A stretch of 64,000 bases of DNA, taken from positions 13,259 to 77,258 of the IMG/VR virus record IMGVR_UViG_3300010370_002417. One strand, given 5' to 3'. The stretch is from a virus. A program made the translations under genes and the position numbers. Below are positions 1-9,600 of the stretch, piece by piece. How positions within the stretch are numbered: the stretch's first letter is position 1; each line of letters starts with the position of its first letter. The notes under the pieces are model-generated. The model saw only the letters and a list, made by a program, of their open reading frames with translations. It was not told the origin of the DNA and did not search any database.

Positions 1-31
1 TTATAATAAGCTCAAGAAAGATTGTCAAGAA

Positions 32-391
32 CTATCTCTTTGGTGGCTGGGGTTTATCGGTCTTGTAGTATTTCTGATAGGCTGCGATTACAGCTTGTTG
101 CTGCTGAATATATCGACGGAGTTCTGCAACGTTCATCGACAGATTCTGATAGCCTTGTGGCGTAATAGCAAACAACACAGCATTTCCGCCGCGACCTTCG
201 ATCTCTTTAATCTTTGCTTCATAGTTCTCTGGCGTGATGATAGTCCATGTAACATTGGCCTGAGAAACTGGAGCAACAGTAGGAACGACAAGTTCTGCTC
301 TCTCATAGAGAACCGGCTTATCTAGGACTTTAGCTGTTTCGGAGCAGCCGGCTAGTCCAAGAGCACACAACGCAATAACTAAATTCTTCAT
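32..391 (-). CDS. Outer-membrane lipoprotein, o-spanin (Rz1-like)
   Basis: Signal peptide with lipobox LAG-C. Overlaps the upstream TM/coiled-coil gene by 4 nt, the usual spanin-pair layout. Confidence 0.7.
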   Translation of the reverse strand: MKNLVIALCALGLAGCSETAKVLDKPVLYERAELVVPTVAPVSQANVTWTIITPENYEAKIKEIEGRGGNAVLFAITPQGYQNLSMNVAELRRYIQQQQAVIAAYQKYYKTDKPQPPKR

Positions 392-849
392 GGTTTTTCC
401 TTCGCAATCAACTCCTTAATAAGATCATTACATATTCCATTTCTTACTTTACCACTCTTTTCATCAGTTGTCAAGTTCGCACCTGTAATAAGTTCATTGC
501 AACGCAGCGCATCTTTTGTGCCGCGATTGACTTTCATTTCGGTTTCGTCTGGATTCTTAAGAGACGACGCAGCCAAATCGCGATTAGCAAACTTCTGACT
601 CAGCTGAGCAACTTCTTGCTGCGTGTCAGAAAACTTCTTAGCCATTTCATTATTAAGTTGCTGCATCTTGCGAACGTCTTCTTGCTGTTTCTCAAGAACG
701 ACTTTCTGCTGCTCAATAACCCCTTCCATTCGTTGCTGAATTTCGGCTGCTGCTTCGAGCTTGCCCTGAAGAGCCATGATATAGAAATATCCGCTAGTCA
801 TCACAGTGAATAATACACAAGCGATTATTAGCTTGATCTTCAGTCCCAT
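388..849 (-). CDS. Inner-membrane spanin (Rz-like)
   Basis: One N-terminal TM helix, long Q/E/K coiled coil, two C-terminal Cys; adjacent to the lipoprotein. Confidence 0.7.
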   Translation of the reverse strand: MGLKIKLIIACVLFTVMTSGYFYIMALQGKLEAAAEIQQRMEGVIEQQKVVLEKQQEDVRKMQQLNNEMAKKFSDTQQEVAQLSQKFANRDLAASSLKNPDETEMKVNRGTKDALRCNELITGANLTTDEKSGKVRNGICNDLIKELIAKEKP

Positions 850-852
850 GAC

Positions 853-1362
853 TTATCCTTTATGTGATGATTCCGATCCGTCGCTTCCGTTACCCATAGC
901 GCTCGTGCGACTGACCGCCTTGACGCGCTTTCCAAGAGCCTTGTAGAATACAGTAGCTTCGTTCGTTGCTTTTCTGCGGATGACAGCTTTGAACATCATC
1001 GGCTGTCCGTATTTCTTAAGAGTACCTTTCATACCAATCCGAGGTTGACGCTTGCTCCAATGCACAGGTTCTGTGCTTACACCAGCACCAGCTACGTTAG
1101 CGATCCCGCCAGTTGTTGGGCTTCCAGGACCGCCGCCTAGATCCTCATTAATTCTTTTCTTTGCGTCTGGATGATGAACGACATGAAACATCTGCGAACC
1201 ATAACTATCTGTGTGATATTGCATACCATACTTATGTGCGCTATCCCACGTATCGAAACGAGTATCAGGAACTCTTCTCAGAGCACCAGCGCGTGTTTTA
1301 GTAGCGATAGCGAACGGACCTTTGCTATGTTTGTCGGCCGGCTTTACTACTTCGTTAATCAT
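853..1362 (-). CDS. Hypothetical basic protein, possible internal head protein
   Basis: 169-aa ORF with a 1-nt stop/start overlap. INE/INE/TNE motifs separate basic segments. Confidence 0.6.
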   Translation of the reverse strand: MINEVVKPADKHSKGPFAIATKTRAGALRRVPDTRFDTWDSAHKYGMQYHTDSYGSQMFHVVHHPDAKKRINEDLGGGPGSPTTGGIANVAGAGVSTEPVHWSKRQPRIGMKGTLKKYGQPMMFKAVIRRKATNEATVFYKALGKRVKAVSRTSAMGNGSDGSESSHKG

Positions 1363-1751
1363 CAGATTTTCCTCAGCGTCTCGACTATTCGCATGTCCAT
1401 GATGATATCGTTTGATCTAATTGTTTCACTGTCTGGACCAATGTTTTCTATACGCTCCGGCCAATAGTTCAGCAACAAAAGAAACGGTTTCAGTAGATGC
1501 AAATGATCATACAGCTTAAAGGCCAACATTCGAGTAAGCGCTCTATGCTCAAAGACATTATATAAAACCATCAAATGATTTAATATCAATCTTTCTTTTA
1601 GCTCGCCGCGATTTTCATATCTACTGAACAGTCTTCGAAGATTCTTTATTCTAGCCAAATCTTCTAAGAATTCATTTTCATCTACACAAGGATTTAAGTA
1701 ATTTCGTGCAGCATAAAGAAAAAAATTATTATCGTCCAAAGTACCTTTCAT
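1362..1751 (-). CDS. Conserved hypothetical protein of T4-like phages
   Basis: FLLYAARNYLNP...EFLEDL.RIK...LKERLILNHL pattern, recognised from cyanophage-like T4 genomes. Confidence 0.75.
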   Translation of the reverse strand: MKGTLDDNNFFLYAARNYLNPCVDENEFLEDLARIKNLRRLFSRYENRGELKERLILNHLMVLYNVFEHRALTRMLAFKLYDHLHLLKPFLLLLNYWPERIENIGPDSETIRSNDIIMDMRIVETLRKI

Positions 1752-1752
1752 C

Positions 1753-2088
1753 TCACTGTTTAATTTCCTTAGCGGCCTCCACGATATCTTTATTGGCCGC
1801 TTCTGCCTTAATAAAAAAGCGCGCTGTCATAGACAACACGCCCCACGCTAAAAATCCAGTGACTGCTCCTGCTGCAAGAAGATGATCAATCGATTGTTTC
1901 GTTTCTAGAAACTCACAAATGATAGGAGCAAATATAATTGCTGATCCTGTGCAGACACCACCACGAATGGTAGCGTCTAGCACTGAAGATGGTCTCATGA
2001 AAGCAAACATAGTCAATCCGCCAAATAATCCACCAGCCGCTGATGCAGCTTTAGTGACAACGTATGAACCTGCTGCTTCGATACTCAT
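1753..2088 (-). CDS. Small multi-TM membrane protein, holin candidate
   Basis: About 3 hydrophobic segments and a charged C-terminus; close to the spanin genes. Confidence 0.5.
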   Translation of the reverse strand: MSIEAAGSYVVTKAASAAGGLFGGLTMFAFMRPSSVLDATIRGGVCTGSAIIFAPIICEFLETKQSIDHLLAAGAVTGFLAWGVLSMTARFFIKAEAANKDIVEAAKEIKQ

Positions 2089-2468
2089 TAGAATGTACCC
2101 AGTGCTACGCGCTTGATTGTTGTTGCATTAACTGCGATATATAAATGTGTATTTGTGAAACGCATTTCTCCTACAGCCATACCAACAGTTGTTGCGTTGT
2201 TAGATCCTGGCGTTGTACCAAATGTGATCTTAACAACATTAGCAGTAAGAGTCTTTGTAACATTAACATTAGAAGCGAACTGTGCGCGATTACCGCTCAC
2301 AGTTACGTTTGCACTGAATACTGTATTTGAAGGAACAGAACCGAAGAAGTTCTTTACTGTGATCTTCTTCGATACTGGCGTTCCGTTCGGATCATCAACG
2401 ATCATCAGCAGATCTGGAGCCGCTGTGGTCGTCAATGCTGTAAGTTGCGATACCTTTTTATCAGCCAT
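2088..2468 (-). CDS. Putative virion structural protein
   Basis: MADKKVSQLTAL...DLLMIVD...SKKITV N-terminus typical of small phage fibre/decoration proteins; T/N/V-rich. Confidence 0.6.
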   Translation of the reverse strand: MADKKVSQLTALTTTAAPDLLMIVDDPNGTPVSKKITVKNFFGSVPSNTVFSANVTVSGNRAQFASNVNVTKTLTANVVKITFGTTPGSNNATTVGMAVGEMRFTNTHLYIAVNATTIKRVALGTF

Positions 2469-2486
2469 CTAGCGACTCCGAATCTA

Positions 2487-3224
2487 TTACACGCCCTTTG
2501 GCGATACTGTGAAGTTGGTGATACGCTGACCCCAACCATTCGACAGGTTGTTAGCAACTGCGCCTGTGATTACAAGGTTAGCTGCGTGAGTCGTTCCCTG
2601 CTCTGGATTGTAGAGTGGGTTGCCAGTTACAGAAATCGACTGAGCATTGATGTGGTATGTAGCTTTAGCAGAACCAGCACCACCTTGCAGCTTAGGCATC
2701 GTGAATACGAGAACGTTGTTAGCAACATTTGCACGAGCAGCAGCAGAAGCTGCGATACGAGCAACACCATTGTTGCCGCCAGCTGTGTTTGCAAGATTGA
2801 TCGACAGAGCGTTTGATGACGCACGAAGATGGACTGGCATATTGAACACAACATACAGGTTAGCAGATACGTTCGCAGAAATCACGTTGTTCGCATTCGT
2901 CTTGACGAAGATCTCTACGATATCTGGACGACCAAGATGTGTGTTTGATGTGTAGTAGAAACCAGATCCTGGAGCAGCTGCAACAAGAGTTTCGTCGATC
3001 TGACGGCTGTTGCCGTGAGTATCAACCTTGTTTACGCGACGAACCCAACCAGCTGTCGTGGCAATTACGTTGCGCTTGTTAGCTGTTTGAATCGCACCAG
3101 CAGTACCCGCGTCCTGGGAACCTGATGCTTGTGGAAGCGGGCGATAGCCCTTTACGATACCAGCAACTGTGTTTGCACCAGATGCTACCTGATTAGATTC
3201 TCTTGAAAAACCCCAAAGTGCCAT
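2487..3224 (-). CDS. Putative virion structural / head decoration protein
   Basis: MALWG N-terminus and GWVRR...ETLVA motif seen in T4-like virion proteins; CTAAATA late promoter at 3278-3284. Confidence 0.6.
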   Translation of the reverse strand: MALWGFSRESNQVASGANTVAGIVKGYRPLPQASGSQDAGTAGAIQTANKRNVIATTAGWVRRVNKVDTHGNSRQIDETLVAAAPGSGFYYTSNTHLGRPDIVEIFVKTNANNVISANVSANLYVVFNMPVHLRASSNALSINLANTAGGNNGVARIAASAAARANVANNVLVFTMPKLQGGAGSAKATYHINAQSISVTGNPLYNPEQGTTHAANLVITGAVANNLSNGWGQRITNFTVSPKGV

Positions 3225-3280
3225 TTGCGTTTCCTTTCCGCTTTTCGTTAGTGACTACTCGGCATAATATAGATTAGTAT

Positions 3281-4312
3281 TTAGTCCTGATAACCAATTC
3301 TCTTACCGACGGCTTTATGAACGATCTTGTCGCCTTTTTCGCCGTACTTCTTTTTGATTAGAGCCTGGCTCTTATTTACCTTGCTCTGCTCTTTATCGTT
3401 CAGTTCATCACCGCGTTCGATCGCAGCGCCGTGAGCAGCAGTCTGACGCTTTACAGCTGTTCTGATCGCCTTCATCTTTGAGATCTCGTCGACCTGCTCT
3501 GCGTCTTCCTTGATACCAGCAGACTTCTTAGCAGCAGCCATTCCAACTGCATATGGCTCGCGAACAGAAGACTTATTCTTGATCAGCGACTTCGCAATCT
3601 CATGTCCCTTCTTGATGACAGACTTGGGAAGATTAGAAGCTTCCTTAAGAGGAGGATTTACTTCGATTGGCTCTTTGCCGAGCTTCGCATCCTTACCACC
3701 ATGAACTTCGCATTTCATCTTTGATTCGTTTGTCGAGTCGCAGGTGCATTTGTCATTGCCAGCCTTGATCGTCTGAAGCTTCTTCTGAGCCTTTTGCTGC
3801 ATAACGCTCATTTGCTTCTGCGCAATTTTCTGACGAATCTGCTTCTTCATCGCGTCTTTCTTAGCTGCGATCTGCTTTGCTACTGCGTCTTCAGCTTCGG
3901 TGACTTCTGTATCTTCCTTGACAGCTACGATTTTTGTTGGCTTGTTTTTGACGTACATTGGATGAGCTCTGACAACCTTCTCAGCTTCATCCTGTGTCTT
4001 AGCTTTATGTGCAGGAACAGTAACTGTAGCTTCGCCATGCTTTTTCGTTGTGACTTTGAACTTGAAGTTTTCTTCGACAGATTCCTTAGCTTGCTTCGCA
4101 GCTTGCTTCATCGGCTCTTTCTTATTGCCGTCCTTGTCGAGATCAAGGAAATCTGGCTTAGATCCTTCGCCGCGCAGCTTCTTGAAGTCTGCTCCAGTGA
4201 TCTTACCCTTTGGCTCTGCGACGTCAATCTTATGCTGATTGCCTTTGAGTGCTTCGCTTACTGCGTTCACCAGCGAATCGCTGAGACCAAACTTCTTTGG
4301 ATCTATTGACAT
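3281..4312 (-). CDS. Lys-rich putative internal head protein
   Basis: KPDFLDLDKDGNKKEPMK EF-hand-like motif; several (V/L/I)xE sites between basic modules. Confidence 0.6.
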   Translation of the reverse strand: MSIDPKKFGLSDSLVNAVSEALKGNQHKIDVAEPKGKITGADFKKLRGEGSKPDFLDLDKDGNKKEPMKQAAKQAKESVEENFKFKVTTKKHGEATVTVPAHKAKTQDEAEKVVRAHPMYVKNKPTKIVAVKEDTEVTEAEDAVAKQIAAKKDAMKKQIRQKIAQKQMSVMQQKAQKKLQTIKAGNDKCTCDSTNESKMKCEVHGGKDAKLGKEPIEVNPPLKEASNLPKSVIKKGHEIAKSLIKNKSSVREPYAVGMAAAKKSAGIKEDAEQVDEISKMKAIRTAVKRQTAAHGAAIERGDELNDKEQSKVNKSQALIKKKYGEKGDKIVHKAVGKRIGYQD

Positions 4313-4313
4313 G

Positions 4314-4565
4314 TTAGTTTCCCTTCTGACCTTTCATGTAGTCATAAACTGAGTTGATATAATCTTCAGCTTTGGTGATCTTGCTTTGGACCCATCCTTC
4401 AAGCTGAGTGTTATCGTCGAGCATAGAAATAAGTTCCTGCGCGCGCGAAGCGATCATACGCAGTTCACCTTTAGCCATATTGCCTTCGTCATCGATTTCG
4501 TTGTTCTCTTTGACTTTACCGCGAGCTGCTTCGCGGATAGTTGATTCTAAGCTCTTGTATGACAT
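4314..4565 (-). CDS. Conserved hypothetical protein
   Basis: EGNMAKGEL...LEGWVQSKITKAEDYINSVYDYM motif common in T4-like phages. Confidence 0.7.
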   Translation of the reverse strand: MSYKSLESTIREAARGKVKENNEIDDEGNMAKGELRMIASRAQELISMLDDNTQLEGWVQSKITKAEDYINSVYDYMKGQKGN

Positions 4566-4574
4566 TTGCTTTCC

Positions 4575-5891
4575 TTATCTTGAAATCTCTTCCCAATCTA
4601 GAGACGCATAAATATCTCCACCATTTGTATCCGCGGCTGCTGTGAGAGTTAGTTCAAACGGTGTTAGTGTAAGACCATTGCGTTCTAACTGAAATTTAAA
4701 CAGCGCTTCTTTTAAAATGTCGACTGGTGTAGATCCTTGAGCAGAACCGTTTAGAAATCCGCTAGCCATAGCTCTTCCGCCAGAAAATCCTGTTCCTGTG
4801 ATATTGTATTCAACAGCAGAATCTGTTCCCGCGCTAACCCAAGTTCCACCTGTAGTTGTTCCGCCTGTTACAACTTTCCAGTTATAATTTACGTTATTGG
4901 TAAAACCAAGAAGAGAAAGTGCAGTAAGAATAACAATAGCATCTAATCGATTTGGCGACGTTTTTAGTCTCAATGATATGACAGGATAGTATGTTCCTGC
5001 TGTTGTCAGATCACGAGGAGAACCAATAGGAGTTTCGATAGATTGTTGTGATCCGCGTAGTTCATATCCACCTTCTGAGATAACAGTAGAACATACCTGC
5101 TTCAATGTGCTATTGTTAGCAGTTGCTGCTGTATTTTTGATTTCATAACGCAACGGCAATGAGCCAGTCGTCATGTAAGTCGTTTCCAACACATTCGCGT
5201 GATGGAATGAATGACAGTGAATCTGTTGTCCATCAATAACAAAACCGCAACGAACAGTTCCCAATCCAAGCCACTCAATATCTGTAAATAGAATTTGAGC
5301 TTTAGACAAATCGAGCGTGAGATGTGAAGGGCTCGAAGAAACATTGCCAAGAAGCGTGTCAACATTCCAATTAGCTTGAGATACGCGATTTTCTCTCAAC
5401 GTTCCGTTGGTGTAGTTTCTTTCTACAAAGTAGATATCGCTGTTAGACTGCTCAAGATAGATACCATTGTTTGCACCAAAGTATCCAACGCGCTGCCTCA
5501 ATCCAGTTTTAGGCTTATTCATTACAAAAGTGTTCATGATCTGTAATGACTTACCCGGCTGATAGGAAAATACTTTGATTGTTTCGCGAACAATTTCTTG
5601 ATTCGCACCGGTCTTTATGTTTAGATTGATCAGGCCTTCATTTTGACTAAATGTGTATGATGTTCCAGCAGTATTTGATGTTGACCACAATCCGTTGTCG
5701 CGATATCTATGTGAAGAATCAAACAGCGTAAGTGGCATCGACACGCGAGAACGACCAAACGCATCAACAGCAACACCTGATGGGTTAGCAGGACCGATAC
5801 GATTTCCATAAGGATCAGCCAACATCACGACCTCAAAGATCGTGTTGCAGTTTGGTAGATATCTACTCGTATCGGTTCTAAACTGCGCCAT
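4575..5891 (-). CDS. Putative virion structural protein
   Basis: 438-aa beta-rich protein; DAFGRSRVS.P.TLFDS, YQPGKS and EWLG.GTVRCGF motifs of a widespread phage structural family. Confidence 0.65.
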   Translation of the reverse strand: MAQFRTDTSRYLPNCNTIFEVVMLADPYGNRIGPANPSGVAVDAFGRSRVSMPLTLFDSSHRYRDNGLWSTSNTAGTSYTFSQNEGLINLNIKTGANQEIVRETIKVFSYQPGKSLQIMNTFVMNKPKTGLRQRVGYFGANNGIYLEQSNSDIYFVERNYTNGTLRENRVSQANWNVDTLLGNVSSSPSHLTLDLSKAQILFTDIEWLGLGTVRCGFVIDGQQIHCHSFHHANVLETTYMTTGSLPLRYEIKNTAATANNSTLKQVCSTVISEGGYELRGSQQSIETPIGSPRDLTTAGTYYPVISLRLKTSPNRLDAIVILTALSLLGFTNNVNYNWKVVTGGTTTGGTWVSAGTDSAVEYNITGTGFSGGRAMASGFLNGSAQGSTPVDILKEALFKFQLERNGLTLTPFELTLTAAADTNGGDIYASLDWEEISR

Positions 5892-6331
5892 TACTCACCT
5901 TTAGTGAAGGAACGCAGCATCCACGCATGCTTCTCGTGAGTGTCGATGCGATCTTCTAGAAAGTTCACGATTCCGCGCTTACCAGCAGCTTCTGCAGCCG
6001 CATGCGCTGCTTGAAGATCAGCAAGAATGCGCATATTGTCTGCATATAGTTTTGCCATCATCGCACGCGAAGAAGGAACGCTCAGTTCGTCTTCGATTGA
6101 AGTGAGCTGCTGAAAACGTGTCAGTGATCCTGGAACATATGCGTCAAGAGTACGAATATGTTCTGCAATAGTATCTACTGCACCCCAAACTTCTGCGTAG
6201 AGTTCACCCAAGAAGGTATGATACTCCGAGAAGCTATGACCTTCTACGTTCCAGTGATAGTTGTGCGCCTTGAGATAGAAAGAAAAGCTGCTCGCTAATA
6301 CTTTCTTGAGCGACTCTACGAGTTGTTCCAT
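5891..6331 (-). CDS. dps: Dps/ferritin-like DNA protection protein
   Basis: KAHNYHWNVEG..F..YH, D.IAEHIR.L and HEKHAWML ferroxidase motifs; start trimmed to MEQLV. Confidence 0.9.
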   Translation of the reverse strand: MEQLVESLKKVLASSFSFYLKAHNYHWNVEGHSFSEYHTFLGELYAEVWGAVDTIAEHIRTLDAYVPGSLTRFQQLTSIEDELSVPSSRAMMAKLYADNMRILADLQAAHAAAEAAGKRGIVNFLEDRIDTHEKHAWMLRSFTKGE

Positions 6332-6332
6332 A

Positions 6333-6587
6333 TTACTTCGTTCCCTTTGCCTTAGCGACAGCCTTCGTTGCAGTCTTAGTTGCAACTTTCTTTGCGCGAG
6401 TTGCCGTCTTCTTTACAACTTCAACTGCGTCCTTAGCGTCTACCTTGCCGTCCTTGTTAACGTCAGCTGCTGCCTTTACGTCAGCTGCGTCTACCTTACC
6501 GTCGCCGTTAACGTCAGCCTTTGGCCAGAACGTCCAAGCAACATAAGCAAGAACACCAATCACTACGAGCGTTACAATAGTTTCCAT
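6333..6587 (-). CDS. Membrane-anchored protein with two EF-hand/dockerin-like loops
   Basis: N-terminal TM; DVNGDGKVDAAD and DVNKDGKVDAKD; K/A/T-rich tail. Confidence 0.7.
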   Translation of the reverse strand: METIVTLVVIGVLAYVAWTFWPKADVNGDGKVDAADVKAAADVNKDGKVDAKDAVEVVKKTATRAKKVATKTATKAVAKAKGTK

Positions 6588-6602
6588 TTTCAGTTTCTCC
6601 TC

Positions 6603-9600
6603 TTAACAATCCCATGCTCTACGCGACCAGTAGTTAGCACTGGTCTTCTTTGTTAGATTACCCTGTACGCTTGAGCGAGCACAGTATGATCTCTTGCGTC
6701 CAGGTTGATCTTTCTTAATGCTCAATTTCTTATCACCAAAGTTCACCTTCTTGATGTTTCCTGTTGAAGGATCGCGAACATAAACCTTGGACTTCTTAAC
6801 GTCGCCTTTCATAGGCTTATTCAAAGGAACATTACGTCCCTGATATATAGCTTCATTCATCGCATCTTCTTGTGCATCGAGAGCTTCTTGAACTTCTGGG
6901 TGATGCTCGAACGCAGACTGTACTTGGATTCCGTAGTCGCGTGCGAATGGAGCTAGCTCAAATCCAGCCGCGAATGATTCATTAAGTTCATTCTGCTCAC
7001 GGATACCTGAGAGTGCTTTACGAATCTCGTTGAAATGCTTCTTAGATGCATCATCCTTAGAATGATCTACTTCTGTTCTTGTGCGCGCTACAGGAGAACC
7101 ATACGATGGCTTTTCTGGAGAAAACGCAGCAACTCCAATTTGACCTGCAGCTTGTTCTTGTCCTGGAGTAGCAGCTGCATAGTTTCTGCGAATCGCATCG
7201 GTTCCTACGAAACGGTTTGATGGATCGTTAGGATTTGATGATGTTGGTTCTGAGCCAGTATATCCTTCACTTGCATCTTTGAACTTCTTTCTAAGATCAT
7301 CCTGCATTTCTTTGTTAGTCTTAGAAACATAAGGAATTTTGCCCGTAGGATGTGGATGTGAAGCTTCTTGCTGCACGGTCGTTGTTGTTCTTTCCTTACG
7401 GAATGTTGTAGTTCCGTCTGGATTGCGAACTTTCACCACCTTTACATCGGCAGTGCGTTGTGCTTCGTTTACTGACTTTGGATGCCAAGCATGAAAGCTC
7501 TTGACTTTCTTCACTCTCTTAGCAAGAGGAACAGCGTCATGTGTTGTCATGTTCTGTTCTGTGACACCAACCTTAGCAGCTTGATTCGGCTTCATATAAT
7601 CTCTTGGACGAATCATAGTCTTCGGAGTCTTTTTACCTGGAGGAAGAACTTTTACCTTACCTCCGGAAGCAGTAAATCTTGAAAACATTTTATCAAGAGT
7701 TTGTTTATCTTGTGCCTTCGATGTTTCTCCAGGTCTACGATAGTCCTTCAGTCTGTATCCAGTTTGATGATACAACTTATTGGGATCATAGTTGCGACCC
7801 TTCTCGTTACCCTTAGAAGTGGAACGAAGTCCTTCGTTAGTTTCTTTCTTCTTCGTAGCGAGCTTGATGAGTTCTTTCTTCTTCATCAGCGCCATACGAT
7901 TGATTGCTCCGCCCTTCTTGCCGCCAGCATATTCGCCGCGCTGCGTAGCAAGAGCAGCGCCAGCAGCGCGCTGTTGTGCGTCTGACTTAGCTGCTTCGTT
8001 CGTCGTATGAGTTACAACGCGCTTTCCAGAAGCATCGTTGTAGCCGTGAGTTACGACTTTCTTACCGTCTTTGTATGTCGTCGACTTGAATGGAACCTTG
8101 CCACCATGCTCCTTAGCTTTGTCGCCAAGAATCTTCTTAGCTGCAGGAGATACGTCTTCGTTCTTAGGAGTCTTACCTGCTTTCTTCATTGAGATAGCAA
8201 TCGCAGCTTGCTGTGCTGGACTTACAGCTTCTCCCTTTGCTGATCTGATCTGATCCGCTGTTGGTGCTCCCTTCTCACCTGGCTTACGCATGCGCTCACC
8301 AGAACCCGACTTGATTCTTTGACGCTTCGCGTGAATGTTAGCCCAAAGACCCTGACTCTTTTCACTTAGATCGTCTTCACGTAGATCCTTGTCAGCTCCG
8401 TGATAAGTTCCCTTACCTTTTGTAATGTAAGAGTTGACGCGAGCCATTCCCCATTGCTGCGGAGTTGTGCCTGGACGATGACCAGAGTTCCATGCTGCTA
8501 CGCCACGACGATAAACCTTTCGCAGCGTATCAATTGAAACGCCAGATTTCTTAGCCTTCGCTGCTAGACCAGCTTCTGCTGCTTCATCCATAGCTTCTTC
8601 TCCGTACATTCTCTTATATTTTAGAGTATGTTTTGATGGTTTTGTTTTTGCAGTCGCGTCTCCAGGTGCTGGCTCGTATGCGCGAGGATCACGATCGGAC
8701 AGCTTGTCCATCTTATCCCAATGAGCTTTTCTTGCAGATGCTGTCTTATCTGACAAACCAGCGCGATACTTGTGTGGGAGATCGACCTTTTCTGAAAGAT
8801 CGTTATCTATTTCAGCAGCCTTTCCGCCAGCAATGAATGAGTTGACACGATTGAACGCTTTTGCCGAATCGTTGTCTTCTTGAAGACCACGAACGAATAC
8901 TTCAGCAAGAATAGAAACGTCGATTCCTGATCTCTCAGCTTTATTGAGCAGAGCGAGCGCTTCTTTCGTCATAACGCGATAACGAACGCGTGAATATGTT
9001 GCTGGATCTTGTGTCGTGAGATCAATCAGTTTGTCCAACAGATCTGCGAGTTTTGCGCGCATCTCTGGCGATTGAAGTGCGGCTTTCTTTGAAGAACGCA
9101 AAGCACGACGATACTTTTGCAGCTCGTCTGTATCGGCTAGACCAAGACGAAGCAAAAGATCTAGCTTCTGTGAAAGCGGACGTGATTTATTTGGATCTTC
9201 TGGGCGATCTTCGTCCTTAGCAACTTCTGCGATACGACGATTGCCTGGTGGCTCATCGTTATCGTATGCAGATACAGTGCGTGAGCGTCCTACGCCAAGA
9301 TAAAACTCGTTGAACTTCTTACCGCCAAGGGAGATCTTCTTCTTCTCTGGCTTTGCACCATGAGCCATGACGTTCTTGAACGAAGCAAGAGATCTACCCG
9401 CTTGAATCGTGAATTCATGCTTATCCGCTGGAAGACGCAGAGCTTCGAACTTAGCGAGCATCTTCTTAGCGTCGGCAATAGAAACATGTGCCTTGTGTCC
9501 GTCAGCGAATGTCGTTTCGTGCTCGCCGCGAGAGTTGATTGTCTTGCGCATCTGATAGATAATGTTCGTATCGCCCGCATCACGTGCATCTTTGTCGGCT

